This document shows, piece after piece, positions 52,070-64,000 of a stretch of 64,000 nt of DNA. Source of the DNA: Squalus acanthias (taxonomy: Eukaryota); NCBI GenBank assembly GCA_030390025.1, contig CM059447.1, positions 15,376,001 through 15,440,000 on the forward strand, written 5' to 3'. The translations under genes and the position numbers were made by a program. Positions within the stretch are counted from its first letter, which is position 1; each line of letters starts with the position of its first letter. The notes under the pieces were generated by a model. That model was not told the origin of the DNA, made no database searches, and was given only the letters and a program-made list of their open reading frames with translations.

Positions 52070-52706
52070 ACAGGGCCTTGGTGAGACCACACCTTGAGTA
52101 TTGTGTGCAGTTTTGGTCACCTTATCTGAGGAAGGATGTTCTTGCCATGGAGGGAGTTCAGCGAAGATTCACAAGGCTGATAGCTGGGATGGCAGGAATG
52201 ACATATGAGGAGAGATTGGGTCGATTGGGCTTATACTCGCTGGAGTATAGAAGAATGAGAGGGGATCTCATCGAAACATATACAATTCTGACAGGTCTGG
52301 ACAAACTAGATGCAGGAAGAATGTTCCCGATGGTCGGAGAGTCCAGAACCAGGGGTCATAATCTAAGGATAAGGGGTAAGCCATTTCGGACAGAAATGAG
52401 GAAGAATTTCTTCACCCAGAGAGTGGTGAACCTGTGGAATTCTCTACCACAGAAGGTAGTTGAGGCCAAGTCATTAAATATATTCAAGAATGAGTTAGAT
52501 ATATTTCTTAAAGCTAAAGGTATCATAAGAACATAAGAACATAAGGAATAGGTTATGTTCTTATGTATCAAGGGATATGGGGAGAAGGCAGGTACAGGGT
52601 ACTGAGTTTGGATGATCAGCCATGATCTCATTGAATGGCGGAGCAGGCTCGAGGGGCCGAATGGCCTACTCCTGCTCCTATCTTCTATGTTTCTATGTTT
52701 CTATGT
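52070..52706 (+). mobile_element. CR1/HER1-type LINE 3' fragment
   Basis: 152-aa frame VRPHLEYCVQFWSPYLRKDV...WNSLPQKVVEA and a (ttctatgt)n tail. Confidence 0.95.
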
Positions 52707-53779
52707 CCACTTGAATATTGATGGAGTGGAGTATTGCATTATGCCTGGGAGTCTAAATGGCTACATTGGGAGCGTTCATTTTGCCCTGGACTATGAGGAA
52801 CCGGAAGTTGGAAGAATTGCCGTGCCCTCAAGTCTGCTGTTCGAGAGAAAGTGATCAAGGTGCTCACCTCGGTGAGCAAAGCATCGGTGACCTCTTTGGT
52901 GCATCTATGCGTTGCTGCTTGACTGATTTTGCAGATGTCCCTTTTGGCCGCCTGAAAGGAGCTGGAAACAGTGTGATAACCTGGGGTGACACAGAGCACC
53001 GCAATCTATCTTTAGGTTTATGTCGTAAAAGCATGAAAATGATCCACGGAATCCCTTTTTTAAAACTTCAAGTCACCACATTTGTTGCTATTTTATTATA
53101 AATATGGTTTATAATAAAAATTGTTTTTTATGATTTGATTTTTGTGTTCCAAATTACTCCAAAAACTGAAGCAGTAACAACCCCAAAGTATTAATGGAAT
53201 TTTCCACAGGGTGACAGGTAGATACATTGTATTCATTAACTAACAAAACAGGACAGGGCCTAGATTTCAACAATAGTATGCACTAAATTACATTAAAATT
53301 CACCAGGAAAAAGCTGTTACCCAGATAATGCAAATCCAAGTTACAATGTTATCTGTAACACAAAGCGAATCAAACTAGGATCAGTGTGTGAACGATCCAC
53401 ATATCCAATTACAGATACAAATATACAAAAAACCTTTGAGCACAGATAGTCATTGACAGAGAAACCGGTTTAGTATAATCAAAGGTCATGCATCAAGCCT
53501 GCTGCGAGTTGTCATGTCACTGACAGATCTCCTGTGGCATTGCTCATAGTGATCAGAGGAAATGTTGTTTTATAACAAAATGCGACAGGGTCAGTGTTGT
53601 GGGAAGTAAGCATGAGACATGCAAGAAATGTGCGCTAGATGCAAGACTTTTAACATATCACTGGTTGCTTTGGTCCATCTCAAGAGCTGTAGTTTATTTT
53701 TCTCACTTGCTGCTAGTTTTCTCACATTTTGTTCTCTGCTCTTCTGAAAGTGGAGATTCCCTAATGGGGGGAATGGTTC

Positions 53780-53960
53780 TATGGACACCAGCAATCCTCC
53801 AGTACCTGGCTGAAGTGGCCATTTATCATGTGTGAGCATGAGAGATGCTTGACTGTGATGGGCATCTCAGCTGAGCCTGAGAGCCACACACATGCCGATT
53901 TCAGCACGGGTCATGGGGTAATGATCAGGATCGGTAGTGAGAATCCTGGCTGAATTCCTT
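53780..53960 (-). mobile_element. Old SINE (AmnSINE2-like) fragment
   Basis: ctccagtacctggctgaagtggccatttatcatgtgtgagc. Confidence 0.55.
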
Positions 53961-54607
53961 ATTACACCCTGTACTGCCACCACAGCTGTGCAGTAACTGT
54001 ATGTTTATATGAAAATCACACCTTTGAGACTGTTCAGATCCCATTTGGCCTGGATTCATTCTATTTGCCATCATCATTAAATAAAACTGGCTGCTCTGTC
54101 AGTTACATTGTATTACCTATTGGATGTTTATAGAACCTGTAATACTCGTCACTTGTTCCCAGGTTCTGTGCTATGCTGGTGCAATAATATAATATCTATT
54201 CAAAGGTCAAATAAGAGTACCTCAAATCCTCTTGATAACTACAAAACAATCAGCTAGCACCTAACTGGTGTGAGTTTGAAAAACTCTTAACCTGTATTAA
54301 ATGATGGAAAATAAAGCCCAAAAGACATTAAAAATCTTATATCTGTCCTTGAATGAGACAGTGGTGTCAAGCATATCAGCCAATCAGTGTCTCATGAAAG
54401 GACCCAAAGTTTATATCATGAGATTTTAAGGGGGTTCTATATTTCAGATTACAAATTGAAATGCTGGATTCTTATCAAAGGGCATGAATTAACATTTTAA
54501 TATTAACCTCTGCAGATAGTCCTCCGATTTTGCTCTACATGTCCTTTATGTTGTTGAGAAGGAATACAGATGGAATTCAAATGGTCTACTGAGGCTGAGT
54601 CCATCCT

Positions 54608-54813
54608 TTAATATTCCCACAGTGTTGAACTGTCCACTTCATCTGCATCCGCCCTAAGTGTGCCTGCTTGGTTCCCTCGCAGGTACATTTTGTTCTTTCC
54701 TTTGATGGCCAGTCGACCATGATCTCGGAATTCTAAGTAAAAGTCTTCGGGAATGACACTGTCAGTACAGATTGTCCCGGTGCTGGATATGTACCAGAAC
54801 TTGCCATCGGTGC
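54608..54813 (-). CDS. FSCN2: Fascin-2-like, terminal coding exon 5 to TAA
   Basis: ttctttcttcatag|GC ACC GAT. Translates GTDGKFWYISSTGTICTDSVIPEDFYLEFRDHGRLAIKGKNKMYLRGNQAGTLRADADEVDSSTLWEY*. It has the fascin LWEY terminus, and the FWY and EF..GRLAI motifs fit FSCN2 better than FSCN1. Confidence 0.95.
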
Positions 54814-55184
54814 CTATGAAGAAAGAACATGTGTTCAGGAATATGACGGTACAGAGCTAGTGTCCACGAACCCAAGTTACAAGACAACCACACACAGTCA
54901 TCCTTTCAACATGTGATCAGGCTTCACTTCTTTGTACATTGTACATCATTGTTCTTCATCGTGAATTTGTTCTCTACAAATTTATTGGTACAGAGATAGT
55001 TACCTCCATTTGTAGTTTAACATTTCCCCAGTTTTATTTCCTTTTCTCCTTCCTTTTTTAACAGCTATGATTCATGCAACTGTTTGGTTCCATGGATGCC
55101 TGCAGTTTTCCAGTCCTTCACCAAAGTGTCTATTCTTTGTCTGTCAGCCTAGACAGTAGAATCCTTGGATGATTTAAAAAAAAA

Positions 55185-55450
55185 ATGATTATCCATTCTC
55201 GGGGTGTGGGCGCTGTTGGCAATGCCGGTGTTTATTGGCCATCTCTAGTTATCCTGAGAAGGCGGTGGTGGCCCATCTTCTTGAACCATTGCAAGATCAG
55301 TTAGGAGTCAACCATGTTGGTGTGGGACTGGAGTGACATATAGGCCAGACCGGGTAAGGACAGCAGGTTTCCTCCCCTAAAGGCATTAGTAAACCAGTTC
55401 AGTTTTTATGACAATCCAACAGTTTCATGGTCATTTGTTACTAATATTGG
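55185..55450 (-). mobile_element. Second CR1-group LINE 3' end, degenerate (intron 4)
   Basis: Similar to 16770-16880. Another piece lies at ~56230-56332. Confidence 0.65.
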
Positions 55451-55696
55451 GTACTTTTTTTCGCTCCCACGAGGCTCACTCGAAACCCCCTCCCTGCCAC
55501 TTACCTGGAAGCTGGTGGGTGGCCCTTGGCTTGCTCAATCTTTCTCTGCTGGCTGCTGCTCTGCACATCTCCCTGCCTGTTCTGGGCAAGAAGTGGACAT
55601 TTGAATGATGCCCGGCAGTTTAAATCACCCTAGCCTCCTGCTGCTGCGGGTGGGCGAAAAATTAATTTGCTCCGCGTTAAAATCTGCTTCAGGGAC

Positions 55697-55835
55697 TCCG
55701 TTTAATGTCTCATCTGAAACAGCACTTCAGACAGTGCAGCACTCCCTCGGTACTACACTGCAGTGTTGACATAGATAATGTGCTCAAGTGCTGGAGTAGG
55801 GTTTGAACCTACAACTTTCTGATTCAGGGGTGAAA
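55697..55835 (-). mobile_element. SacSINE1-like head fragment
   Basis: Similar to 4438-4575. Confidence 0.65.
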
Positions 55836-56889
55836 GTATGACTATAACTTATATGTTAAATACGTACCTGTCCTTATCCAAGGACATGCAATTAGTGGCC
55901 CAATCCTTCCTGAGTACCTAAGAGGAGACCTGTCTTTGGTGCTGCCTCATAGAGGCCAACCTGCAGACAACTTGCGGACACGAAGTTCACTATTGCATTA
56001 AACGTTTAAACCACTGGATCCTTCCAAACCGCTACTAATGTCATGACAAATCAGCCAATTAGTTGTCCACAGATCTAGCAAGTAAGTGACAGAGGCCTTG
56101 TTTACACAGGTCAAGACATTGAACACTTTCCCTGTGGAAAGGAGGGAAGACTGGAAAATATTGGAAATTTATACCGGCCACTTGCCTTTAAGTGCTACAT
56201 CCCTTTAAACTTGAGCTGTTAGACAGATTTTTTATTTTATTTATTCGTTCACGGGATGTGGGTGTCACCGGCAAGGCTGGCATTTGTTGCCCATTCCTGA
56301 TTGCCCTAGAGAAGGTGGTGGTGAGCCGCCTTATACAACTGAGTGGCTTGCAATCATTAGGCTCACTGCTGGTACAAGACCAAAATGGTGCTGGGAGTTT
56401 ATGCTAGTTATTTAAATTACCCGACCCTACAAAATGATGCGCAGTCAGCTCATTGCACTTTGGGTTAGCTTTGCACTGGCAGCCAGATTTTGTCAGGATT
56501 GCAATATGATGGCTCAAATGTAAAAATGGGAGAGCGCCTTTGGGAGGTCATTTTGAAGCCAATCTCCAAGGATCTGGACTGCACCAAGCCACAAAGTAAA
56601 AGGCCTTTAAGATTCACAGTAGCACCTACAGAATGGAATACATAGTGCCATTTTATCTTTGTTTAGGTGAGATGCTCTGAGACAGTGAGATGTTGTACCC
56701 TGAGCTGAGGGATGATGAAACCCCTCCTAAGTATACCAGCATGTTGAAGTATCTTACAACCACCGCTCTTGAAGCCAGACCACAGGGTCGAGAAGCTCCT
56801 AGAAAAATGTGTTCTCTCTGTACTTTACTACTGAAGTATTTGTAAGCATGGTGATCTGTGCAAGTGTCACTCAGAGTCCAGGCTCTCAC

Positions 56890-57057
56890 CTTTAATATGA
56901 TAGGCTCCATTTTCAAAAGCGAGTTGAAAGACATCATAAACTGACCGATTGGCATCAAGTGTGCTGGAGCTTTTGTGGTAACAGACAAACCCATGGTCTC
57001 CTCGTAGTACCAGGATAGGCCTATTAATGAGCCTCAATGTAAACTCTTCATCTTCAC
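56890..57057 (-). CDS. FSCN2: Fascin-2-like, exon 4 (168 bp)
   Basis: tttag|GT GAA GAT...AAA G|gtgaga. Translates [56 protein letters not shown]. Phase is compatible with both neighbouring exons. Confidence 0.96.
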
Positions 57058-58385
57058 CTAAAGCAACAGGCAAGATAAAATCATCACCTTGATTTTGACT
57101 CAGTCCACAGCTTCAATATGTTGCAATGAAATACAATCAATCATTCTGGGGGGAAATGATCTTACCCTTTACCTTTACTGAGTTATACTTTTCATCATAA
57201 ACCCAATTCAGCGTCCTAGTACGAATGTAAAGGATGCCAAATCGTGCTGTTAACTATTAACAAAGGCATTAACATTCACTTGAAATTCCTCAGTTTAGTA
57301 TTTTAACAAAGGTGTTAACCTGAAATGGTTTCATGTCTTCATTAAAATAGCAGGCAAGAAATTCATATGAAAGTGCAAACATATTTGTTACTAATTTTAC
57401 ACTGCATAATTTCAAGGCAAAAATGTTCAAACACAAGATTTAGAAAGGTGCTTTAATAATCAAAGCCTCTCCTGAATGTATTTTCCTAGTTCTGTGCAGT
57501 GAAACCTCCGATGGAGTTTATATTGTACTCATTTAATACAAGTGATTTGTATATCAATGTATTGTACATAAAACCCAGTTCTATTTCTAGTTCCTTTCCC
57601 TTGTTTCTTAATTAACAATTCTCCTAGAGTTAAATGGGATGTGGTAAAGCATAAGTCACTTGCTAAAACATTTAGGTTAATGAGATTCTTGTCTTCATTG
57701 CTTTGAAAGACAGAAATTTAACGTGATGATTTCAAAACTTAATTAACAGTAGCCATTTAGTCACTCATGAAACCATACAGTAATTGTGACTATTATAGGA
57801 ATAGCTAATAAATATATGTAGGTTTGATGCGGTCAATGCACCTTGCTCACCAACCAGGAAACTATTTCTTCCAGATTCCAAGATTGTGAACGATATACAG
57901 CTCTTTGTTCTTATAATATGGGATGAGTTAGTGAGTTTGAAGTTGTTCTCATTCACTGAAAAAAAAGTGTTCTCCAGTGTCTCCATTCTACATATATGTT
58001 TTATATATATATATATATATATTTACTACAAGGAAATAGGAAAAGATTGGCAGACAGGATTTTGATTTGGAATCTTTATTGAAGTTCCTTTCTAAATCTT
58101 TGTGCTTTTCACAATTTTTTCCTTGAATTTGCACTGTGCAATATTCGTACCAAATGTGTTGCATATTTATGAATTTCTTGCTTGTCATTTGAATGAGGAA
58201 ATTAACCTGTTTCAAGTTACAACCTTTGTTACAATAAAAGAAAATGACCCTGTCAATGTGTTCGATATAATCCCAGTAGTGGGAGTTGGAATTGATATAC
58301 AGTAGTTACTGAAAATAACACTGTTAAACCCATTCCTATATTTGTACCATTTTTTTTAAGATTCTTTCACTCTGGTTTAACTCAC

Positions 58386-58507
58386 CAGCTGAATCACTCA
58401 CTGATGCAAGCTGTCCATTTTTCTTTGTACAGATGTATTTGCCATTGTTAGCTTTGAGTGCTATTCTTCGGCCACGCCACTCTATTTCAAACTTACAGTT
58501 GGCATCC
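58386..58507 (-). CDS. FSCN2: Fascin-2-like, exon 3 (122 bp)
   Basis: Minus strand ctttccaatccag|G GAT GCC...GCT G|gtgag. Translates DANCKFEIEWRGRRIALKANNGKYICTKKNGQLASVSDSA, a fascin beta-trefoil segment. The 122-bp length matches the vertebrate fascin exon 3. Confidence 0.95.
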
Positions 58508-59199
58508 CTGGATTGGAAAGAGAAAAAATCTGTTCACAAAAAAGCTGGTCGTGTTCCCCGCAGTCATCTCTCACCAGAACCCATCCAGCGGTTGCCTTAT
58601 ACCTGGACACTGAAGTTGAAATATACACCATTTCTGTGTATGTTGATGGTATTCATTACCATTAGGTGAAACACTTCAGCTGTACAGATTACGTGTTTCA
58701 CTTTGTTACCAGTCCAGATTACAGTTGTATATAGGATTACACGTGTCATAAATGCAATGCAATCGAAGTGGAATAACATGATCTTGGTGAGGTACTGGGA
58801 ATGGGAATGGTATGATATTGTTGAGATGGTAGTGACATATTGTTGATGAGATAATGGAAATCAAATGACAAAATGAACAGTGTTCATGGCAATAATAAAC
58901 GCACCATAAAATTTGTAAGTAACAACTTGGGGGTAATTTTGACTTTGGGTGATGGTGTAAAACGGGCGATATCGGCCCGCTATGCATCTCTCCAAATTTT
59001 TACTTCCCTTGACTTACCATTTTCATTTCCATGGGACGTTCTGAGGTCATGAAAGGCGCTATATAAATGCAAGTCTTTCTTTTATTGTTTGGTGCACATT
59101 CTCCACTTCTGTAACATTATCTGCTTAGCCCCTACCTCTTCCAACCACCAACCACCCCCCGCCAGCCGCCCCCTACCTCCCACCCCGCCCCTGCTGCTG

Positions 59200-59590
59200 A
59201 AACCGTAATCTAAGCCTTCATCATCTTCAGGATTGATTTCTCCAAATCTCTGCTTGCTAGCCTCCCTGCCTCCGCCCTTCACAAACTCAAAGTTATACCA
59301 GATTACACAGCCCATGTCTGCACATGATCAGCCCATTCCTTGCCAAGCTCCACTGACCGCCTGTACTCCAGCAAACCCACTTCAGAATTAAGTTTCTCCA
59401 GCTATACAGCCCCTCTTGGACTCTGCTCCTCTGACCCCAGATTATTGCTTGTTCCCCTCTTTATCTGCTGCACCTTTGGAGGGCGATCATTTAATCGCTA
59501 CGCTCCTGCCCTCTTGAATTGCCTCCCTCAACCACTTTGCCTCTTTCCCTGCTTTCAAACGCCTCCTAAAAATCAATCTCTTTGACCATA
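59200..59590 (+). mobile_element. L2-type LINE 3' fragment
   Basis: FGGRSFNRYAPALLNCLP and ttcaaacgcctcctaaaaatcaatctctttgacc. Another L2 piece lies at ~61120-61258. Confidence 0.7.
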
Positions 59591-60117
59591 TGGCAGATCA
59601 ATATAAGCAGTTCTAACAGTGCTTCTGTGCAGATAGCTACTGGTTTGGCTTTGAGAGTCAGTATTTGGGCTGATAAGTAAATGGCTGGTATAAATGTAGG
59701 GATAGATACTATCAGCTGGCTTTGTTAGCTAAGTTGGCAGTAAAATGGTGACTTGTCTAGCTTTATAATAATTTCCACTGTGGAAAGTCTATGTTTTGAA
59801 TGATTAAGGTAACTTACATTTCAGTAGCTGTGGATTGGATCCCTCCATGGGTCACCAATGTCCAGAAGTTCCCCGTGTGTGTACGTAAGATGCATTTCTT
59901 AGTCTCTTTGTCAATTTCCATTTGATATGTTTCCTGATGTGTTTCTTCATCCTGATTGGCTGAGATATTCATACCTGACAAAAAACAGTTGGATTAAAAT
60001 AACAATCTGGTCAGAAATTTATTACAATTTACTGATGAAAATTGACTCATCTTCCCCAGGGCATCTAATTGCTGTCATTTATTCAGAGTGTTGTGTGATC
60101 ATAACTAACAAAGGACA

Positions 60118-60580
60118 GTTAAGGAGAAGGTAGATAAGTACATGAGGGAGAAAGGAATAGAATAATATGCTGATAGGGTGAAATGAAATAAGGTGAGAGG
60201 AGGCTTGTGTGGAGCAAAAACACCGGCATAGACCTGTTGGGCCGAATGGCCTGTTTCTGTGTTGTGAAATTCTATGTAAAAGATTCAATAATTGATTCTG
60301 AAACATTTTTATTTGCATTCTTCAAAGTAGACCTCTACCACCAAGAAGGACAAGAGTAGCAATGAATTGATAACATCATCACCTTCAAACTCTTCTCCAA
60401 GTCACACATCATACTGACTTGGAGATATACCACTGTTCCTTCATCTTCGCTCAGTCAAAATACTGGAATTCCCTTTTTAACAATATTGTGAGATCACCAT
60501 CAGCACAAGGACTAAAGTGGTTCAAGGAGAAGGCCCACCACTACCCTCTTAGGGCAACTAGGGATGGTACTAAATGGGGC
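60118..60580 (+). mobile_element. Two CR1-group 3' ends (~60118-60278 and ~60345-60580)
   Basis: Tail gggccgaatggcctgtttctgtg; the second matches 39186-39360. Confidence 0.7.
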
Positions 60581-60584
60581 CTGT

Positions 60585-61097
60585 TCCATTGAAGATCAAT
60601 GTAAGCTCGAGGAACAGCACCTCATCTTTCGATTAGGCACTTTACAGCCTTCTGGACTCAACATAGAGTTCAACAATTTCAGATCATAATCTCGGCCCCT
60701 GTCATATATATTTTTTCCACACTTTTATTTTGGTTTTTTTGTTTGTGTTCTTTTCTTCTCTCCCACATGGCAGCTGTCTTTCATTCTGCCAGCGCAATTT
60801 ACACTTCATCTAGAGTCATCCTTTGTTTCTTAACCTGTCCCATTACCATCTCCTTTTGCCTTGACTATCTCTCAATGTCTCTTAGCCTCTCCTGCCTTCT
60901 ATCCCATCACAGACCTTCCCTTTTGTTCTTTCATCCCCTCCCCCCTTTCCCAGCTCCTACACTTGCTTAAAAATCTGTTCCATTTCCTGCTTTTTTCCAG
61001 TTCTGACAAAAGGTCATCGACCTGAAACGTTAACTCTGTTTCTCTCTTCACAGATGCTGCCTCACCTGCTGAATATCTCCAGCATTTTCTGTTTTTA
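60585..61097 (+). mobile_element. Penelope-like family A fragment: GIY-YIG C-terminus, 3' region and mutated hammerhead
   Basis: 60591-60689 encodes EDQCKLEEQHLIFRLGTLQPSGLNIEFNNFRS*. Hammerhead at 60999-61035 has core CUGACAA. Confidence 0.85.
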
Positions 61098-61984
61098 ACT
61101 CCATACTCTTATCACTGTTTCTTTCTGCCTCCCCACCTGGTCAATCAGGCTGTACCAGCGAGTATGTAACCTCACCTCGGTATCTTGCTGGACCAGAGCT
61201 GAGCTTCAAACCCATATCCTAGCCCTCACCAAGACTGCTTACTTCTACCTCCATAACAATAACGGATGGAAAACCATGGGGAGCATGGCAGCGATTTCCC
61301 GATTTTCACTCTCGGTGGGTGAAACTCCGTGCCAGCAATGTGCATTCGGAAAATTGACATTGTTATTTTTATTTATTTTGATGCAGAAATATCAGCCCAC
61401 GCCTCAAAGCCTAAATAATGAAAAGATTTTGTTGTACCCTTTGTCACAAAACACTTATCTATTTCTACATGAAGGTTTATGTTACAGGGTCAGGAGCAGA
61501 GCAACTTGCTCCAACAATGGTGGAGTGGAATACACTTTTGATTAGGTTTCAATCAGTGATGTATTGTGACTCCCTCAACCTGTTCAATGTAAATTTTGAA
61601 ATGTGTTAATCACAATTCATCTGCTGTTAATGGTGTCCAGTTATGATTCGTAGTATTGCATACATCAGTTCAACAAATTACTCTGAGCATTAGGTTGGGT
61701 CATGATATATGGAACAAATCATCAAATCTGATGGTTTGGGACAAACTGAAAGAGATTGTTAATTACCAGCAACTAAGTGAAACTTTCTGCAAAGAAATGA
61801 GTATTTAAAAAAGAAACAGAGGAGTAGAAATTTGTCTTGGACGGTAGCACAAAATGGGCGGTATCACATCGGCCACACGTTATACAACCCAACCGATATT
61901 CAGCTGCATTGACTTCAACAGAACTGAATATTGGGCGGGCAGTTTAACAGGTGGGCGATGCGATACCGCTCCTCGACATCAACA

Positions 61985-62363
61985 TTGGCTCAGTGGTAGC
62001 ACTCTCATCTTTGAGTAGAAGGTTGTGGGTACAAGTCCCACTCCAGAGACTTCAGAACATAATCTAGACTGACACTTCCATACTGAAGGATTGCTGCACT
62101 GTTGGTAGTGCTGTCTTTTGCATACACCGAGGTCCTGTCAGGTGGATGTACAACATCCCATTGGACTATTCAAAGAGCAGGGGTGTTTTCTTGGTCAACA
62201 TCACTAAAATAGATTCTCTGCTCATTATCTCATTGCTGTCTGTGGGACCTTGTTGTGTACAAATGGACTGTCACATTTCCCTATATTCCAACAGTGACTA
62301 CACTTCAAAAGTCCTTCATTGGCTGTGCAGTGCTTTGGGATGTCATGAGGTTGTGAAAGGCAC
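61985..62363 (+). mobile_element. SacSINE1-like SINE, degenerate
   Basis: Head tggctcagtggtagcac...ggtacaagtcc plus the family body. Confidence 0.78.
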
Positions 62364-62369
62364 ATGATT

Positions 62370-62560
62370 CACACTTTATCCAGTGACCTCTGTTGGAAGT
62401 AAGTGTGTGTGTGTGTAGAAGATCACAGCCCTTTTCCCTCACTCTCACGTCGAATGCCTTGCATGACTAATTGCCACTTGGGTGAGGTACTGGAAGACAA
62501 GCACTGCCTGCGGAACTGTAACCCAGCAATGAGTCAACACCTTCAGGAAGGAAGGGGAGA
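62370..62560 (+). mobile_element. Old SINE (AmnSINE2-like) 3' fragment
   Basis: gccacttgggtgaggtactgga...gagtcaacaccttcagg. Confidence 0.55.
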
Positions 62561-64000
62561 ACATTTGGTGGGGGGTGGGGGGGGGGGGAGTAAAAATTAA
62601 TTTTTAAAACAGAAACAGACCTCTGGGCAGCCAGCAGCCCAAGCTGTAGAGTGCCAACTCCCACCCACACATTGCACATTTCAGTCCAAGGCTTTAGTGT
62701 CGGCCTAATTCAGTTGGATTTTGCACCCTGCCTTGAATTGCTCTTCTTCCTAACCAATCCCACAGCAACACTTATTGCCAGTGGGGGTATCTGCAGCCCC
62801 CGTTCACACCCCTTGCTGTACCATCCCAGCTCAGCGTAACCTGCAAGGGAGAAAACATGAGATTTGTTATGTATTTAAGGCGGTTTGTAGCAAAGATAAA
62901 CAAAGCTCAGTAAGCGGTTAAAAAAGCAGTGTTGCATTCTGATTTTGTTTCTAATCTACCTCGGTGTAGATTAAATTCAGACAGAGTTTCAATAATTTAC
63001 TATTCAAAATCATTAAAAAAAATATTGTGCATTGTGTCATTACTATATTTTTAGTAAAATGGTATTTAAAAGCACAATGAAGTATTGTCGAAATGGCAGC
63101 CAGCTCTAAAAATAATTACCAATGTGTTTCTGTGCACTTTCCTTATGCGCAGTTAGTCAGATACGGAATCATGGAAAACAATGAAAGGAACCAGTGTGAT
63201 AAATCATGGCTCCGGGGGAAGATTAATTGTCGCTGCTCCAATCAGTCCGTCACATAAATCATAAAGCACAAGAAGTAAAGCGACTGACTGAATAGAGCTG
63301 GGCCACGGCTAACTTTGAAAATGTTTATCAGCTTTCAGCTGGTTGTTGAGACCATGATAAGGATACTTTAGCGTGATAATTTTACGAGTTTGCATTGCCA
63401 CTGGGAGGCCTTGCCCGCTGATAGCGCGAATCCGAAATTTGAGCGAGATTATTCAATTGATTGTTTGCAGTGCATGATTGAATTTCCAATTCATGCTGCC
63501 TGCAGTGCAGACTTGGAAAATTGTCCCCTATATGTGATGGTGATGCACGGACCAAACTCGATGAAAATCGTTGTTCCAAGCCATTTGCCCGAGATTTATT
63601 TTCATCAGAGACTTGTGCCCCCTTATACTGTTAGCTCTTCCAACCCCCACACTGGATGCTGCAGTGATTGCCCTGCTGCAGCACCACTGCATTTCCCTTC
63701 CGTTCAGTGACGGGCTCCCTCAGCTGAGGGGAGATACCACCGGGATCCCACCCTGCATCTGTAATGAGGGCTGACCCAGCAAAATGAGTTGGGGTCAGTG
63801 TTAGGGTCTGTGTGGCGGACAAAGTCCCACTCTGACCCTCCTCCGGTGGCTAAACTGGACGGGAGGAAATGCCAGCTCTGACTCTCTCATTTTGGGACCT
63901 GACAGAATTATAAGTAAACCCAATGTTTTTGACTCTGTTAATATGCTTGGTAGATTATTCCAAGCATTTATCACTCTTTGATATCTGCATTAAATGTACT

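Larger units (their letters stand above)
50990..52990 (-). pseudogene. HARBI1-like DDE transposase remnant in three pieces (52990-52708, 52069-51978, 51100-50990)
   Basis: Motifs in the expected order across frameshifts: SSFQAAKRDICKISQAATHRCTKEVTDAL, FLIVQGKMNAPNVAI, HSINIQV, FILSQS...GCLLGDK, RYN..HAST.DQITGILKRK. Confidence 0.8.
50564..53047. mobile_element. Decayed autonomous PIF/Harbinger transposon with nested insertions
   Basis: Myb/SANT-like remnant on plus and HARBI1-like transposase remnants on minus, convergent. Ends are inferred from weak TIR-like ggtagactttcc and gaaaatgatcc. Confidence 0.7.

Noticed and set aside
53092-53698. Fascin polyadenylation signal (AATAAA on minus at 53693-53698 or 53092-53097)
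   Set aside because: Cannot choose between the candidates without transcript data.
62621-62840. Possible fascin exon 2 (good minus-strand acceptor ttttctcccttgcag)
   Set aside because: All three frames hit stops and none resembles fascin exon 2 (SANQ...ETF...YW...GGI). The true exon 2 is probably beyond 64000.

Overview
Vertebrate genomic DNA, most likely a cartilaginous fish (shark): the repeats resemble SacSINE1/DeuSINE, CR1/HER1-type and L2 LINEs, and Penelope-like elements. The only host gene I can support is the 3' half of a fascin-2-like gene on the minus strand: exons of 122 and 168 bp plus 206 coding bp in the last exon, at 54608-58507. Exons 1-2 must lie beyond the window end. The remaining ~54 kb is repeat-dense intergenic DNA. 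Main points: (1) two families of Penelope-like retroelement termini carry minimal type-I hammerhead ribozyme motifs (nine copies, three fully intact); four insertions are compact inverted cassettes with 12-16 bp target-site duplications, and one has captured a 37-bp copy of nearby flanking DNA. (2) A decayed two-gene PIF/Harbinger transposon (HARBI1-like transposase plus Myb/SANT gene) hosts nested insertions. (3) A CpG-rich Harbinger-type MITE family is present. (4) A 1.4-kb (CCCCAT)n G-quadruplex-prone array explains the long spurious ORFs. Repeat family names come from recognition, not a database search, and repeat boundaries are approximate unless TSDs are given.
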